A stretch of DNA of 59,435 nt, counting the filler, from Asterionella formosa (lineage: Eukaryota), in NCBI GenBank assembly GCA_002256025.1. It is 8 parts of 8 records of this genome, joined end to end, with 100 filler letters (N's around TTAATTAATTAA, not from the genome) between each part and the next. Parts side by side here need not be neighbours in the genome. Positions count along the whole stretch, not along the records: positions 44,665 to 52,000 come from NKIB01012474.1; positions 52,101 to 59,435 come from NKIB01012475.1; 6 more parts are not named here. The stretch is one strand, 5' to 3'. How positions within the stretch are numbered: the first letter of the stretch is position 1; each line of letters starts with the position of its first letter. The position numbers and the translations under genes were made by a program. Below are positions 46,341-58,979 of the stretch, one piece after another. The notes under the pieces are model-generated. The model did not search any database and was not told the DNA's origin. It was given only the letters and a program-made list of their open reading frames with translations.

Positions 46341-47784
46341 AACAGATATCAAATCGTCTGTTTGATCAGTTGCTACCACCTGAAGTTTTAAAACTTTCCA
46401 AGAAATTTGGTTTTGCCTTTCTTCTCTACTAGTTGCAATAGAGATTTCAATACTTTCACAATTGTAAATGGTCCACATGACCATCCACTATCATCTTCTG
46501 GTTGAAATAACATGAAATCATGTTCAGTGGCCATAATGATCTGCAATGGTGCCATACAGTAAGCATAAATGGAAAGGGTGTATATTTTTATGTTTTACTC
46601 CTACGAAGTGTATGTTTAATTACTCTGACTCAATATTATATTTTTAACCCTACCTCTAAACTAGGGTTGAAATGAAAAAAGGAACCTTAAATGTTTGCTT
46701 GTCTGCAATATCATTTCATTAGATACCATATCTAGACCTGTAAGTGATGTAGTGATGAAAGGGCTTTTGTGTATACCATTACCGGTGTATAAGGAACAAA
46801 ATTTATTAATAATTATGCCGGTATAGATATTTCTATTCCTAATAAACTATTTTATAGAATACACAGGATGGATCTTGGTCGTGTATGAAAAGGTTCCATG
46901 GGAACTTGTCTAAAATCAGGACCATCACAATCATCGTTGTAACTGTTGATTGTTATTTGCTCTAATGTCCTGTCGTTTCTCTTGTAACCAAATCGTATGA
47001 TGCAACTGTGGAGGAGGAACGGCCGGGGAGACGACTTAATGGGGGACATCAAACTGAAGGCAGGAAGAAATAGTCAGCAATCAGCGCGCCGCATGTGACA
47101 TGGTGGATTTCAAGGAATCATGAGGCAGCAAAATATTCAAGAATTAGGTCAATGTTGGAAAGGGTGGGACAAGGGTTTCCTGTGCATCATGGGGGAAGAG
47201 ACGAGGGTCGTAGATTTGGACGAGAACTGTCCCATGCAGTCGTGTTGGGCGGCTGAAATCCAACAATCAACCGAAATTCACGTTTTCTAGAGGGACAAGC
47301 TCTCGCCAATGACGTGCAGTAGATATAGCTTCTATAAATATAGTGTTTCCACTATTCCCTAGCGGATTAGCTGTTTCTATTCTAGCAATAAGATCATCTT
47401 AATTAGCCATTATTCTGGATGAGATTTGCTCTTGTAAACAAACGTAAGCCATTCACATAATATTGATTACCTACCAGTCATGCTGAGTCGTCAAGAGGTT
47501 CAGGCAAAGAAGCAGGGCGGGAAAAGAATGCTTGCTAAATTAGTCGACTATCAGAAAAGTTGAGAAACTAAAATAATCGCTTCACCAAACAATAAAAGGC
47601 GACATGACGTTCCCGTAGGCGACATAGGGGATCAAAAATCCTATCCATAATGACAAGTGCTCCATATTACATCATACACGTGAATTTTGTGTTGATTGAG
47701 GTTCATTATATGAAAATATTTTGGGAAACTGCAGGGAGTCAACCTTAATTCTGGTTTCACTTATGTACCGTTCATATCAAGATC

Positions 47785-49644
47785 ATGTCGTCAAGCAACA
47801 ATAACAAGAAGAATGATGATACAGGAGGAGGGAAGAAGAAGGCACCCAACGACCTTTACAGTGGAGGTTCCAATGAAGCGACTCTCCAAGAAGGAACTCA
47901 TTCGAAAGCTCTCATCAATGCTCATCGGTTTGCAGAAGAGGCCAAAGAGGAAGAGATGGAAGCCACTGCATTAGAGGATTCGGTAGCAATGCTCCTTCAA
48001 GAAGCCAGGAAAGAAAATTATGTTGGATCCAGCAAAGAAATCCCGTTTGCAGAGGAGGCGAAAGTGGAAGAACGAGACCAGGAAGCCAACACTACATGGC
48101 AGGAGATACACGCAGTTGTGCCTCAATTTGACAACGATTCGTCTGATATATTTGTTCCAGCCGTCTTATCAAGAGCAGTTTCACCTCGAGATGTTGTGAC
48201 AGAATCATCACTGCTGCAAGGTCGTCCTGGTGCATTTTCAGTAAGAGGACCAGCAGTCATTCCACGCGATGATTTCTTTTTGCATGTCGCCACTGCTCTT
48301 GCCACCAACGAGGTTCAGGATGAACATGAACAGCTGGAACCTGCAACACTATTCAATGCTGTTCTTGTCGATGATCCAGAAATTGCCAATGCCTCTATTA
48401 TTGACCATGAAGCAGAAGGAAAAGCACAGTGTCGGCGTCAACTGAGAAATACCTTGGTGATTATTTTGGTGATTGGCATCTTACTTGCCATCATTGCTAT
48501 TCCCATTCAGCTCACAAAACCAGAACCATTACTCAAAACATTGGCTCCATCAGAATCTCCATCAGCAAGCCCGTCTCAAAGTTTGTTTTTGTTCTTGGCT
48601 GAAAAATCACGGGATAATGGAACAGCACTTTCAACTACTGGCTCCTCACAACAAAAGGCACTGACATGGTTGGAGCAGTCGCCATTATATAATAGTGTCA
48701 GAGACTATACTTTGTCACAATTTTTTGCATTGGCAGTCTTCAATTATGCGACTGGTGATCTTCTTTCAAACCAATCATGGTTACAAGATAATGGAACTGT
48801 TTCTAAATACGATTTTTGTAAATGGGATTACATTCGTTGCAATGATGGGAATGATATCACATTTTTGTACCCTGATTCTTCTCAAATTAATGGATCCCTT
48901 CCGCCAGAGATTGGAATCTTGGCAAGTCTCACTACTCTAGATTTGTCTGATACTTTCACTGGCACACTTCCAACAGAGATTGGACTCTTGACAAGTCTCA
49001 ATTATCTAAATTTGAACCAGAATAAATACAGTGGCACAATTCTCACAGAGATTGGACACTTGACAAGTCTCACTCATCTAGATTTTTCCTACAATTTTTT
49101 CACTGGCACACTTCCCACAGAGATTGGACACTTGATGAGTCTCACAGTTCTATCTTTTTTCTCCAATACTTTCACTAGCACACTACCCACAGAGATTGGA
49201 CTCTTGACAAGACTCACTGGTCTATCTTTGTCCTACAATACTTTCACTGGCACACTTCCCACAGAGATTGGACTCTTGGCAAGTCTCAATTATCTAGATT
49301 TGTCTTACAATACTTTCAATGGCACACTTCCCACAGAGGTTGGACTCTTGACAAGTCTCACTGATCTATATTTGGGCATCAATACCTTCAATGGCACACT
49401 TCCAACAGAGATTGGACTTTTGACAAGTCTATCTTCTTTATCTTTTCACATCAATACTTTCACTGGCTCACTTCCCTCAGAGATTGGACTCTTGACAAGT
49501 CTCAATTCTCTAGATTTGTCCAATAATACATTCACAGGAACAGTGCCAGCTGAGATATGGCCTGGACTTGACACAACTCTCAAAAAACTATCATTGAGCA
49601 ACAATTTATTTGCTGGTTCAGTCCCTGCAGATTTTGGTGTCTGA
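47785..49644 (+). CDS. Diatom-type LRR membrane protein (N-terminal cytoplasmic region, TM, LRR cap, ~10 tandem 24-aa LRRs); possibly pseudogenised at the C-terminus
   Basis: PGAFSV motif, TM LVIILVIGILLAIIAIPI, QQKALTWL, CKWDYIRC, repeated FTGTLPTEIGLLTSL. Confidence 0.85.
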   Translation: MSSSNNNKKNDDTGGGKKKAPNDLYSGGSNEATLQEGTHSKALINAHRFAEEAKEEEMEATALEDSVAMLLQEARKENYVGSSKEIPFAEEAKVEERDQEANTTWQEIHAVVPQFDNDSSDIFVPAVLSRAVSPRDVVTESSLLQGRPGAFSVRGPAVIPRDDFFLHVATALATNEVQDEHEQLEPATLFNAVLVDDPEIANASIIDHEAEGKAQCRRQLRNTLVIILVIGILLAIIAIPIQLTKPEPLLKTLAPSESPSASPSQSLFLFLAEKSRDNGTALSTTGSSQQKALTWLEQSPLYNSVRDYTLSQFFALAVFNYATGDLLSNQSWLQDNGTVSKYDFCKWDYIRCNDGNDITFLYPDSSQINGSLPPEIGILASLTTLDLSDTFTGTLPTEIGLLTSLNYLNLNQNKYSGTILTEIGHLTSLTHLDFSYNFFTGTLPTEIGHLMSLTVLSFFSNTFTSTLPTEIGLLTRLTGLSLSYNTFTGTLPTEIGLLASLNYLDLSYNTFNGTLPTEVGLLTSLTDLYLGINTFNGTLPTEIGLLTSLSSLSFHINTFTGSLPSEIGLLTSLNSLDLSNNTFTGTVPAEIWPGLDTTLKKLSLSNNLFAGSVPADFGV

Positions 49645-51581
49645 TGCTGGAATAGTGGCCAATATGTGTGATGCACAAAATGTAAACAAGAATTTATAAA
49701 ATGGACATATTAGTTAGGATTCATATTTAGTTCCATTAAAATACATTTAATTATTAGTAATACACAAAAATAGCTCTGTTGTTCTAAATAAGGTTAGCTA
49801 CAAGTAGTAATTCTCACATAAATACCTCTGTTATCCTATATTAGGTTAGCTTTAAGTAACTATGAAGGCAAGTGATAGTATTTTGTATTTTATATAGTCA
49901 GCACAAAAAATATAGCTTGTAGCTAGCAGTACTTGTCTGTCGTAGTCGTATGCATAGTAACAAACCGAACTTTATGCTCCCAAAACTTTACTTGCAGACT
50001 ACTTCTTCACACCCTGAATTTAGGTCAAACCGACATCTAAAAACTGGCCGGTACAAAATGTACACATGAGAATGGCTGACTTCTACCTTTGGCGGACAAC
50101 ACCCATCTATACGTAATACAGAAAGTACTGATAATACATTCCAGGAGGAAAAAATTTATTATTACTATGTATGATACACACAATCTGTAAATTACGACTT
50201 ACCATCACTTCATTTCTACCTCAACCAAATGATAGAATGTAGATGAAATAATTTATGAATTTTAAATTGCTAGCTATTTGCAGTGTCAGTACTACTTTCT
50301 CTGTTGAAATTTTTTGACAATATTTACCAACCAATGCACTGCCCTACGGTTGTCAGGATTCAACAAGTAGGTTCTGGGTAATTATGAGCATAATGATGAG
50401 TGTATCTATATTAGCTCCTAGTCCAAGGGGACTCACAAGGGTCTTGATGAGAAGGGCATATACTAGGTGTCAAGAGTCCATGCTAGGTGTCATGTTTTAG
50501 CCTAGCATTGGTACGTCTATTCTAGAGATACATCTGTACCAATAGTTATCACGTAACATATAGCTGCGGGTACTAATGCAATTTGTACTACGAGCTACAT
50601 ACTAGTAACCGTGTGTATAGCATCACGTACTAATCATGATCACTCTCGTGTACATGTATATGTACTACGTATGGGTTCCATGGTAGTCGTGTGCGTAATG
50701 TAAAAGGGTACACCTTTCACTAAGGGTTGACGTGGTATACATACACAGTGTGTATTGTTTAAATCTCAACAGTGAGAGTAAACAAGTATATGGTCTGTAT
50801 AGAAGACTCTATAAGGTTAACGTTATATAGGACTTATACCATCTAATGATATAGTGGATCTAGCGTGGTACATACTGTACCATAGGTCATGCACTCTTTG
50901 CTCGGCTGCTTGAACAAAAATAATTCCCTTGCTCATCTCAATAACTAATGACAATTCATTAGAATTCAAAATTCAAAATCAGAAATTTGATGTTAACATT
51001 CAAGTAGATTTATTCATACTTCGTCTAGCTAGTATGAATAATCTCGCAGATTGTGAGTTTAGCTACATGTACTTGCATCGCTCATGAAGCCCGTTGTTGA
51101 GGAGGAAGACAATCAATGATTGGCTTATGGAGTTCAATTATCTCCTAAATCATTCAAAGAATCATGTTTTTACCCAACCTGCTTTATCAGTTTGCAACAA
51201 ATGGTGGACCCTTGTCAGTGACAAATATTTATGACATGGTGATTAAGAATCCAGAAAGCTTGTTTCAATTCAACAATCAAAAAATGCGCCAGAGTTTAAA
51301 ACCTTGAAATCAGTAATAAATAGATGAACACATTCGAAGGGGTTTTCTAGCATGCCTCCCATGGCTGGTTGTACCAATAGTTTGTATGCATGTGACAGTA
51401 GTTCTACATACACAGCCTGGTGATCAGCCACCACCACAGCATCAAATTGAGTTGAAAACTAATTAATTCCCGAATAGTAATCATACTATTTATTTCTAGA
51501 AGTAGTCTAATAAAAATATTGCATTTTTCATTAATGTTAAAATTTTCCCAAAAACCTTTAGCATCGCTTTTTCGTCTTTCT

Positions 51582-51653
51582 GACCAAAAGCAAAACCAAA
51601 CCAAAACTATGGTTTTGGGTTTTGGTTTTGGTCCACGGTTAGCACCGGCCTTA
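51582..51653. mobile_element. Candidate PIF/Harbinger terminal inverted repeat (..ggttagcaccggcc) with TTA target trinucleotide and a subterminal ccaaaa/ttttgg hairpin
   Basis: GGCC terminus followed by TTA; inverted ccaaaac/gttttgg arrays; no partner TIR found. Confidence 0.4.
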
Positions 51654-51735
51654 GCAACCATTACAATACCCATTAATTGTCTCTACATGGCAATCAGCTA
51701 CTGCTCCCACCGTCATTTATAGCATTAGAGCTGAT

Positions 51736-52000
51736 TTGTCTAATCCAGGATCATCTCCACTGACTGTCAATGATCTGCTCTTACGGCATCCATTATCGAG
51801 TCCATTCTGGATTTTGTTCAACAGCAAGCATGATGATGCTCTGATAACCTTGTGTGGGTTTGACCATGCATCTTTCGAGCTCCTACACCAGATGTTCAAA
51901 CCTTGTTTTTATTCCTTCACTCCCTGTAGGAAAAATACGGATTTCATTGTTAGAAATTCAACAATAAAGAAAGGTCGGCAAAGATACCTATGTTCCATCA
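51736..52000 (+). pseudogene. PIF/Harbinger-like (DDE_Tnp_4) transposase N-terminal fragment, cut by the contig end
   Basis: SSPFWILFNSKHDDALITLCGFDHASFELL resembles the N-terminus of stramenopile Harbinger-like transposases. Confidence 0.55.
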
Positions 52001-52100
52001 NNNNNNNNNNNNNNNNNNNNNNNNNNNNNNNNNNNNNNNNNNNNTTAATTAATTAANNNNNNNNNNNNNNNNNNNNNNNNNNNNNNNNNNNNNNNNNNNN
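52001..52100. other. Artificial contig linker
   Basis: N run with TTAATTAATTAA. Confidence 0.97.
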
Positions 52101-54693
52101 TCTGCAAGATGCTATCATCTTCCTCAGAGGAGGATGAATTGTGAGATGAGTTGGAAGAACTAGACATTTCGTATTTGTGGAGCGACTTTTGACAAAAAGT
52201 AATTCATGGATACACACGACAATTCCAAATATAATGCCGATATGATGTATGATATGGACTTTTACTGCCGAGTAGTAATGACAGACCTACAGGATTACAT
52301 GCTAATTCCAACTGCTGGTACCACAACATATGTATATATTGATGTATATTAAATATGCTTGGCATGCATAATACTGGGTACCAGATACCACCAGGCAGTA
52401 CTTCCATGAGTGTTTGTACAGCTGCCTGTGGTATGGGGTCAATGAGACAGCAACTCCATCTTGACCATGACGAAATTATGGGTTTGAATATCTTCACGAA
52501 TATTGACAATGAACAATTCCTATTTCGCACGTGTATGCAGACTATCATAGACGAAATTGTCGTTCAATAATAAAATTTTTTGCACTAGTATTGACAACAA
52601 AAAGTTAAAATCGGCGCTGAAAGTTGTTTTTGGTCGTCATTTGCTCAGTTTTGAAGATATGACCAAAAACGCGACAGTGTTGAGTCCGCGGTGATTAGCT
52701 TGATAACTTTGACTAGATAAGGTTTTCTATGTTTTGTAGAAATAGATGAGAAAACTTGAGCGACAGCATTCTCGGAGAGGGTACAACATTTCAAGATGCA
52801 AGAAAATCCTCTGCGTGAATTTTGTATTGACTTTCATGTACACACTAATTGTCATGGTTCATATTTCTATGGAATCTTGATAAGGTCATTTGAAAGCTTA
52901 CTATAGACATACTTTAAGCCATTCAAGAATAGACTGCTTGTCCTTTACACGAATAAAAACTTCGCATTGCGGAAATGATCACGAACTCCCCTGACTGATG
53001 GTTTATGCATTTTCCGACACTTTTATGCAAAAAATGTATTCTTTCCCTCTTTTACTCCTGGTTCGGTTATGGACATCCTTTTCAAAGCTGGACTGGCTCC
53101 TGACTCAATCAATCATAGTTTCATGACCTTTCATCCCAGAATTAGTACTCTTGCCAAGTTTCAGCGCGCATTGCGCCGCATCCACCGTGGGGATGACACA
53201 GCTGACTTTCTTTTACCTGCCTCTCTCCTTGCTGATCCTCTGTGGGATAGGCTTGATAGTGATACTGTGATGGGGCTCATTGCTTGGTTTTCCCAGTCCT
53301 CTGATACTGGAGGTCATCATTTTGATGGGGCTAATGAGTTTTTTGCCAAAACTTTCTCAATCTTCTAATTCCCCCCTGCATCATCATCCCACCCAGCTTC
53401 TTCTGGTACCACTCCTTCTGATAAACCTATAACAGACAAGCCCCTTCCACCACACCATTCCCCTCTTGCTGAAGGTGGTACAGGCTCTCACCATTCCCCA
53501 TCTCCTAGTCATGCATACATACATTCCTACCATGATGCAATTTTGTTGGCAGATACAACAGACCTTGCACGTCGTTCTGACACAGCTCCCACTGGTGCAC
53601 TCTTAAGTGCTCATCCCCTTTGGCAATCCTCTGCTCTCAAGGATGCAATCAACATTGACAAGAAACATTCTTGACTACAGATCTGCCAACACTATCTCTC
53701 TCAACTCCCTCTGCCATTCATGACTGGTACCGCAAGTTCACCCAACAGGCTACCTCCACTCAAATTGACCTGTGCCCTTTGCATCATTTTAAAAAGGGAC
53801 ATGCCCTGAGCTGTGGCCTCATAATCTCCCTATCCCACTTGTTTTTTAAATGGGTAGTCTCATCCTCTTGAAACTTCAATCAAAGGCTGCACTAGACCTC
53901 CCCAATCATGTTCTCAATCTCCTCTACCTTTTGCACATCACATACTCTGACAGCAAGTAAGCTGGGTATTACTTCTTGCATGCTCTCTTGGCCCATGCTG
54001 CCGACTCCTCCACCTCTACTAGCTACCATTGTACCTTTACCCTTGTACTCAGATTCTGTTGATCCTGTCAGTTTTGCTTCTGCTCTCTTAGCATATCGGC
54101 AGGGTGAGCTATCCACCAAAGACCGCCAGTATACCAGCCGGGAACTCTCTCTCCATTTTCTTCGTGAACTTGATCTTCATTCCTTCCCGATCCAAGTCCA
54201 GCTAAAAGCAGTTGAAGACCTGGCCCCTGATTGCACTGTCCCTCCTTCTCTCCTTATCCCAAATTTGGCATCAGTCCTGGCACAGCATTCTCCTAGTACT
54301 CCTTCCCAACCTCATGCTGGCACTTTCACACCTCTTGCTCATCTTATCACCACCCCTAAAACTTCCACTCGGCGAACCAATGCCTCTCACCAGCGGCCCT
54401 CATCGACCCCAACCCCTTCCCACTCATTCCGTCAACGTGAGGACGACATCCAGTGTGTTGCTTGTTGTACTTGGGGCCATTCTGCTTCTCGCTGTTCCTC
54501 TCTTGCCAAAGCTGCCCTTCTTCAGACATACATTCTTGCTAACCCCTCCCATTTTGAGACTGCTGAGACTGCTGCCACTGCTTGGAGAACTCTTCATAGC
54601 ATGAACCATCATCGTCAGGCAATTGCCCATCATCTTCAGCACCTCCATCCTGAAGACTTTACCTGACCTCCATGTAGATGATATTTATGAAGC

Positions 54694-54831
54694 AAATTTT
54701 CTCTAGGCCGGTCATTCTACCCTTCCAGGACTGATGAACGGCTACGGTTCTGCGGAACGACTGTTCTCTAGGCCGGTCATTCTACCCTTCCAGGAATGAT
54801 GAACGGCTAGTACGGTTTTGCGGAACGACTG
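54694..54831 (+). promoter_or_regulatory. Putative -1 ribosomal frameshift signal (A AAT TTT plus stem-loop) at the gag/pol junction, with a 65-bp tandem duplication
   Basis: GCA AAT TTT CTC TAG, then ctaggccggtcattc..gaatgatgaacggctag; copies start at 54699 and 54764. Confidence 0.65.
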
Positions 54832-57800
54832 TCAGAGAGAATTCTCCTCCTAATAGGACTCTGTCGTTGCCGCTTCCACTTCCTCTGACAACACCTTCTT
54901 GTCCCTCTTTAAGTCGCCTTTATACCCATGCATTCACCATTCCTCATCTTCCTACTGATTGTTTTGGCTGTTTTTCACTTGTTCCTCCATTTCTCCCCTA
55001 TGCCGACAACTCCAACACTCTTCTCCCTATTGCTCATGTTGTTCGGCTCTGTTCTGAATCCACAGGTCTTCACCAATGTGACCTAGGTGCAAATGTTTGT
55101 GGTGCTACATCCACTTTATCTCTAATCCACAACTATAATCCCCTTTCTGTTCCCTTTGACCTTCTAGGTGCTGATGCATCTGTTAAGGGTATTCTCTGTC
55201 CAGGTTATGGTTATTATCCACTTCAATTTTCTGATGGTTCTGCCACCCCTGTCATCATGCACTACTGCCCTCGCTCAGTTGTCTGAGACTCTTCTGTCCC
55301 CACAACACAGCTGCACTCAAACATCCGTCAATTACTCTGGCTTTGATATTTGCTACCAGGACCTTGATCAGGCACACATTCGCTTCAATGGCCCTTCTGG
55401 ATGCTTCTCAGTTCTTGCACTCTTGAATAGATCAAAAAATCTCTTTTATTTCAACCAGATTTCCTTTCAGCCCACCACACATCGCTTATCTCCTATTCTC
55501 AGCTCAGAGTTGTGGCATCAACGCGTTGGTCATCCTGGCATGCATCAACTTCGCCATCTTCAACAATGCAGCACTGGCCTCCCTTCTAAGAGTCTCTATC
55601 ACCTTATACACCCACTCCGTCATTGTCCCATCTGCAGTCAAGCACACGCCTGCCGTAACACCATGGTCCAAACCACTTCTGTTGATGATCTACTTCCTGG
55701 TTCCCGTTTTCATTTGGATTTTGGTTTCATGCGTGCCAGTTCTCAATCTTTCCAGAAACAAGTTGGTGCTCCCCGTATTGTGAATTCATATGATGGCTAT
55801 AATTCCTATCTCTTGATCACTGATGCTAAAACCCGTTTTACATGGGTATTCTTAACTGCTACCAAATCTCCTCCAGTTGATATTGTTCAAAAATTCTTGA
55901 CTACTTTTTGGTCTTCGTGATGGCTACCGTGCTCTCCGTGCTGATCAAGGCGGTGAACTATGGCGATCTGATGCCTTACGCACCGTTACTTACACAGCTG
56001 GCTGGTTATACTATGAAACCCACTGGAAGTGACAGTCCGCATCAAAATGGGAAAGTCGAACGCCTCAATTGTTAGCACTTGTTCATGCTGCTGTCTACCT
56101 TAAGAATCGCCTCCGGCACTCTTCGCTTCATTGTACTGCTTTTGAATCCTGGAATCGAATGGTTCCCCACCTGATCTATCCCACTTACGTGTTTTTGGCT
56201 CCCTTCTAACCGCACGTATTCCTGGTGCTCGCCCTGCTAAGCTGGATCGGCATACCTATGATGGCATTTTTCTTGGGTACTCTGGTTCTGATAAAAATGT
56301 TCTATATTTTGACATTCATTTCGGTCGTACTAGCTTCACTTTTGATGAAGCCCACTTCACCTCTTCCAAACTCCCTCCTGGGCCTCAATTTCTCTTTGTC
56401 CTTGGTCTCCACCAATCTACTATCCTGGAGCCCCATGCTGAGCCATTGTCCACAACCATTCCTGATGTTGCCCCTGAACCACCCTTTCCTATTTGTGCAC
56501 TAATGATTCCTCCACTCCGTGCATGTACTTTTCCCCTACCCTTTGGTGAAAACTTCACACCTCCTACTCCTTCCAATGCCTTACTTCTTCCTCCTTCTGG
56601 TGATCATCCTACTACCATTGCTGCTGCTGCCCTTTCTGCTCCAGAAGTGATGTCAATTGAGTTGTCTGGGAATCCTCTTGGCCCTAGCTTTGTTGAATCT
56701 ATTCCAATCAGGGGACAGATATCACAGCTGGCCTGGAGGTTCAATTTGATCCCATTCGTGGACGCCTTTGCTTGCTATCCTGTACCCCTGGTACACCACC
56801 CGCTGCCCGCATCAGCCGCTGGCGCTCTCGTCTTCGCTTTGCTTCTATCTTATCTGTTCATGATGTTCCCGCAGTTTCCACCGTTACTGATCTGGTCTCT
56901 GCCATTGCTCATGCACGTACTACTTCTCCCCATGCCTCCACATGCAACATCTCTTTTACCTTTGATGACATACACAACACTCGCTCTTTCGGGTCAGGGT
57001 CTGCCTCAATTATATTTTGACCAACTTCTCGATATACGTAAAATTCAACAAAGCTTGCACACAGATTTTTCTATCCCTAAAGCCAGTTGTTTAACTCGGA
57101 AAGGCCTTCAATCCCAACCTGACTGGTTGGAATGGCTTGCTGCTGAGTTCCACCAATTATATCAATATGCACAGCAGGATATGTTTGGTGATCCTTGCCC
57201 TCCTCCTCTTGATGCTTCCATCTTTCATTGGGTATGGATATACAAAATCAAGGAAGAAGAACAAAACCGAAAAAAGGCTAGGGCTGTTTGTGATAGTTCT
57301 ACTCGTGGGGGCCAAGCTCAAGTTCATGGTCCCAAATATGCACCCACCCCTGACATGACGGATATGCGTCTCTTCTTTGCACTTGCTGCTCTTGAGAATA
57401 AATTGGTCTTTGGTGCTGATGTTTCCAATGCCTTTGCTGAAGCCACTGCCCCTGAACAGGTGTATTGCATGCGTGTTGATACCCAATACCGTGAGTGGTG
57501 GGCTAGCAAGTTCATCCACCCATTCTAGTTGGTTATGTCATTCCTATAAGAAAGAACTTACAAGGTCATCCTGAAGCTCCTCGCCAATGGTCCCGCCACA
57601 TTGATACCATCTTGCAAGAATACAATTTTGTCCCCACAGTTCATGCTCCTTGCCTCTACCGTGCTACAATCACCACCAATGAAAATGTACGTTTCCTTCG
57701 ACAAGTTGATGACTTTGCCATTGCAACCAATGACTTGCTACTTTATACCCAAATCTGTGATGCCCTTGATAGCAAACTCTTTGTTCCTATGAAACGACAG

Positions 57801-58857
57801 GGTTTGCTCACTCATTACAATGGCATTGATATCATTCAAACTAGCAATTTCATCACTATCCACTGTGGTACATACATTCGCAAACTCCTGCAGAATCATG
57901 CTTGGATGGAAATGAAGCCATCCAAACTTCCCATGCATGCTGAAAATAACCACATCAAAGCCCTTGAACCATCCTGTGTCCTACCACAGCAGAGGCTGAA
58001 CATCTGGCACTGGAAACCAGTTATTTTCGATATCGGGGAGCCATTGGTGAACTCATATGGGCCATGATTACCTGTCGTCCTGAACTCAGTTTCCCTGTTG
58101 TTAAATTGAGTCAATTCTCCATCCAGCCACCTTGCTGTCCTACACAATCAAGCAGTCAAACGTGTCTTCAAATATCTTGCTGGCACTCTGGACCCCCATG
58201 GTCTCACATACTGGCGCCCTTCATCTCATCCTGATCTCCCTTGCATCTTTCCCCCTTCTCGGCTTGCCAACCCAGCTGATCAACACCTCCATCATGATGT
58301 CTCTGATGTCAGTGAACGCGCGCTATTCCCCCTTTTCTGTTTTTGGCTATGTTGACTCTGATTGGGCTACTGACATATGGCACCGACGATCAATCTCTGG
58401 CATTGTTTTCAAACTTGCTGGTGCAACCATTTCTTGGAAATGCTGTGTGCAGCCAACTATTTCGTTGAGTTCCACTGAAGCCGAATTTTTGGCTGCTAGT
58501 GATGCTGGAAAAATGGCCCTTTACCTCCGATCCATCCTTGATGAACTCCATGTTCCCCAGACATTTGCTAAACCCTCTATGAAGATACTCGTGGTGCCTT
58601 GCTTATGGACCATGCTGGTCAACCCACTAAGCAATCTCGTCATATTGATATATGCCATTATGCTCTCACTGACTGGGTCGAGTGCGATCTGATCGCTCTT
58701 GAAGATGTTGCATCTGGTCTCAATGCAGCAGATGCCATCATGAAACAAACTGGAGGAATTCTTTTTGCCTGGCATCTTGACAACATCACTGGGCGTCTAG
58801 CCCCACCGTATGTCTCATCTGTCACACTTTCGTCTTCCTCCCTCAAACCTGCCCTTT

Positions 58858-58979
58858 GAGCGAGGGGGGGGGGGTGTCAGTGTGGTATACAACTGAACCG
58901 TCTGTCCTACCTACCTACAGTAGAATAATATATCACATAGTCATAATTTTGCATTTCATCTTTTGATATTGGATTCACA
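58858..58979 (+). repeat. PPT (gagcgag plus G run) and probable 3' LTR starting TGTCAG at 58875
   Basis: G-rich tract directly after the RNase H stop, followed by TG; right boundary tentative. Confidence 0.7.

Larger units (their letters stand above)
53069..58979 (+). mobile_element. Old degenerate Ty1/Copia (CoDi-like) LTR retrotransposon; 5' LTR not recognisable
   Basis: gag CVACCTWGHSASRC, PR DLGAN, IN LWHQRVGHPG/FHLDFGF/RADQGGEL/HQNGKVER, RT KARAVCD/ADVSNAF/QVDDF, RH YVDSDWA/LSSTEAEF/RHIDI; many frameshifts. Confidence 0.93.

Noticed and set aside
48950..49520. Regular 72-bp repeats that could be mistaken for a CRISPR array
   Set aside because: They are coding 24-aa LRR units within an open frame; no cas genes; eukaryotic context
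50488..50771. TG..CA-bounded segment as a solo LTR
   Set aside because: Flanks (CTAGG and GTGAG) do not form a TSD, and there is no second copy in the window
53060..53080. GGTTATGG as a half-tRNA PBS of the old Copia
   Set aside because: Not preceded by an LTR ending in CA, and no upstream match to the 3' LTR
54730..54790. CTGATGA..GGAAC..GTC resembling a hammerhead ribozyme core
   Set aside because: GAAA is absent and stems II and III do not pair; better explained as a frameshift stem-loop
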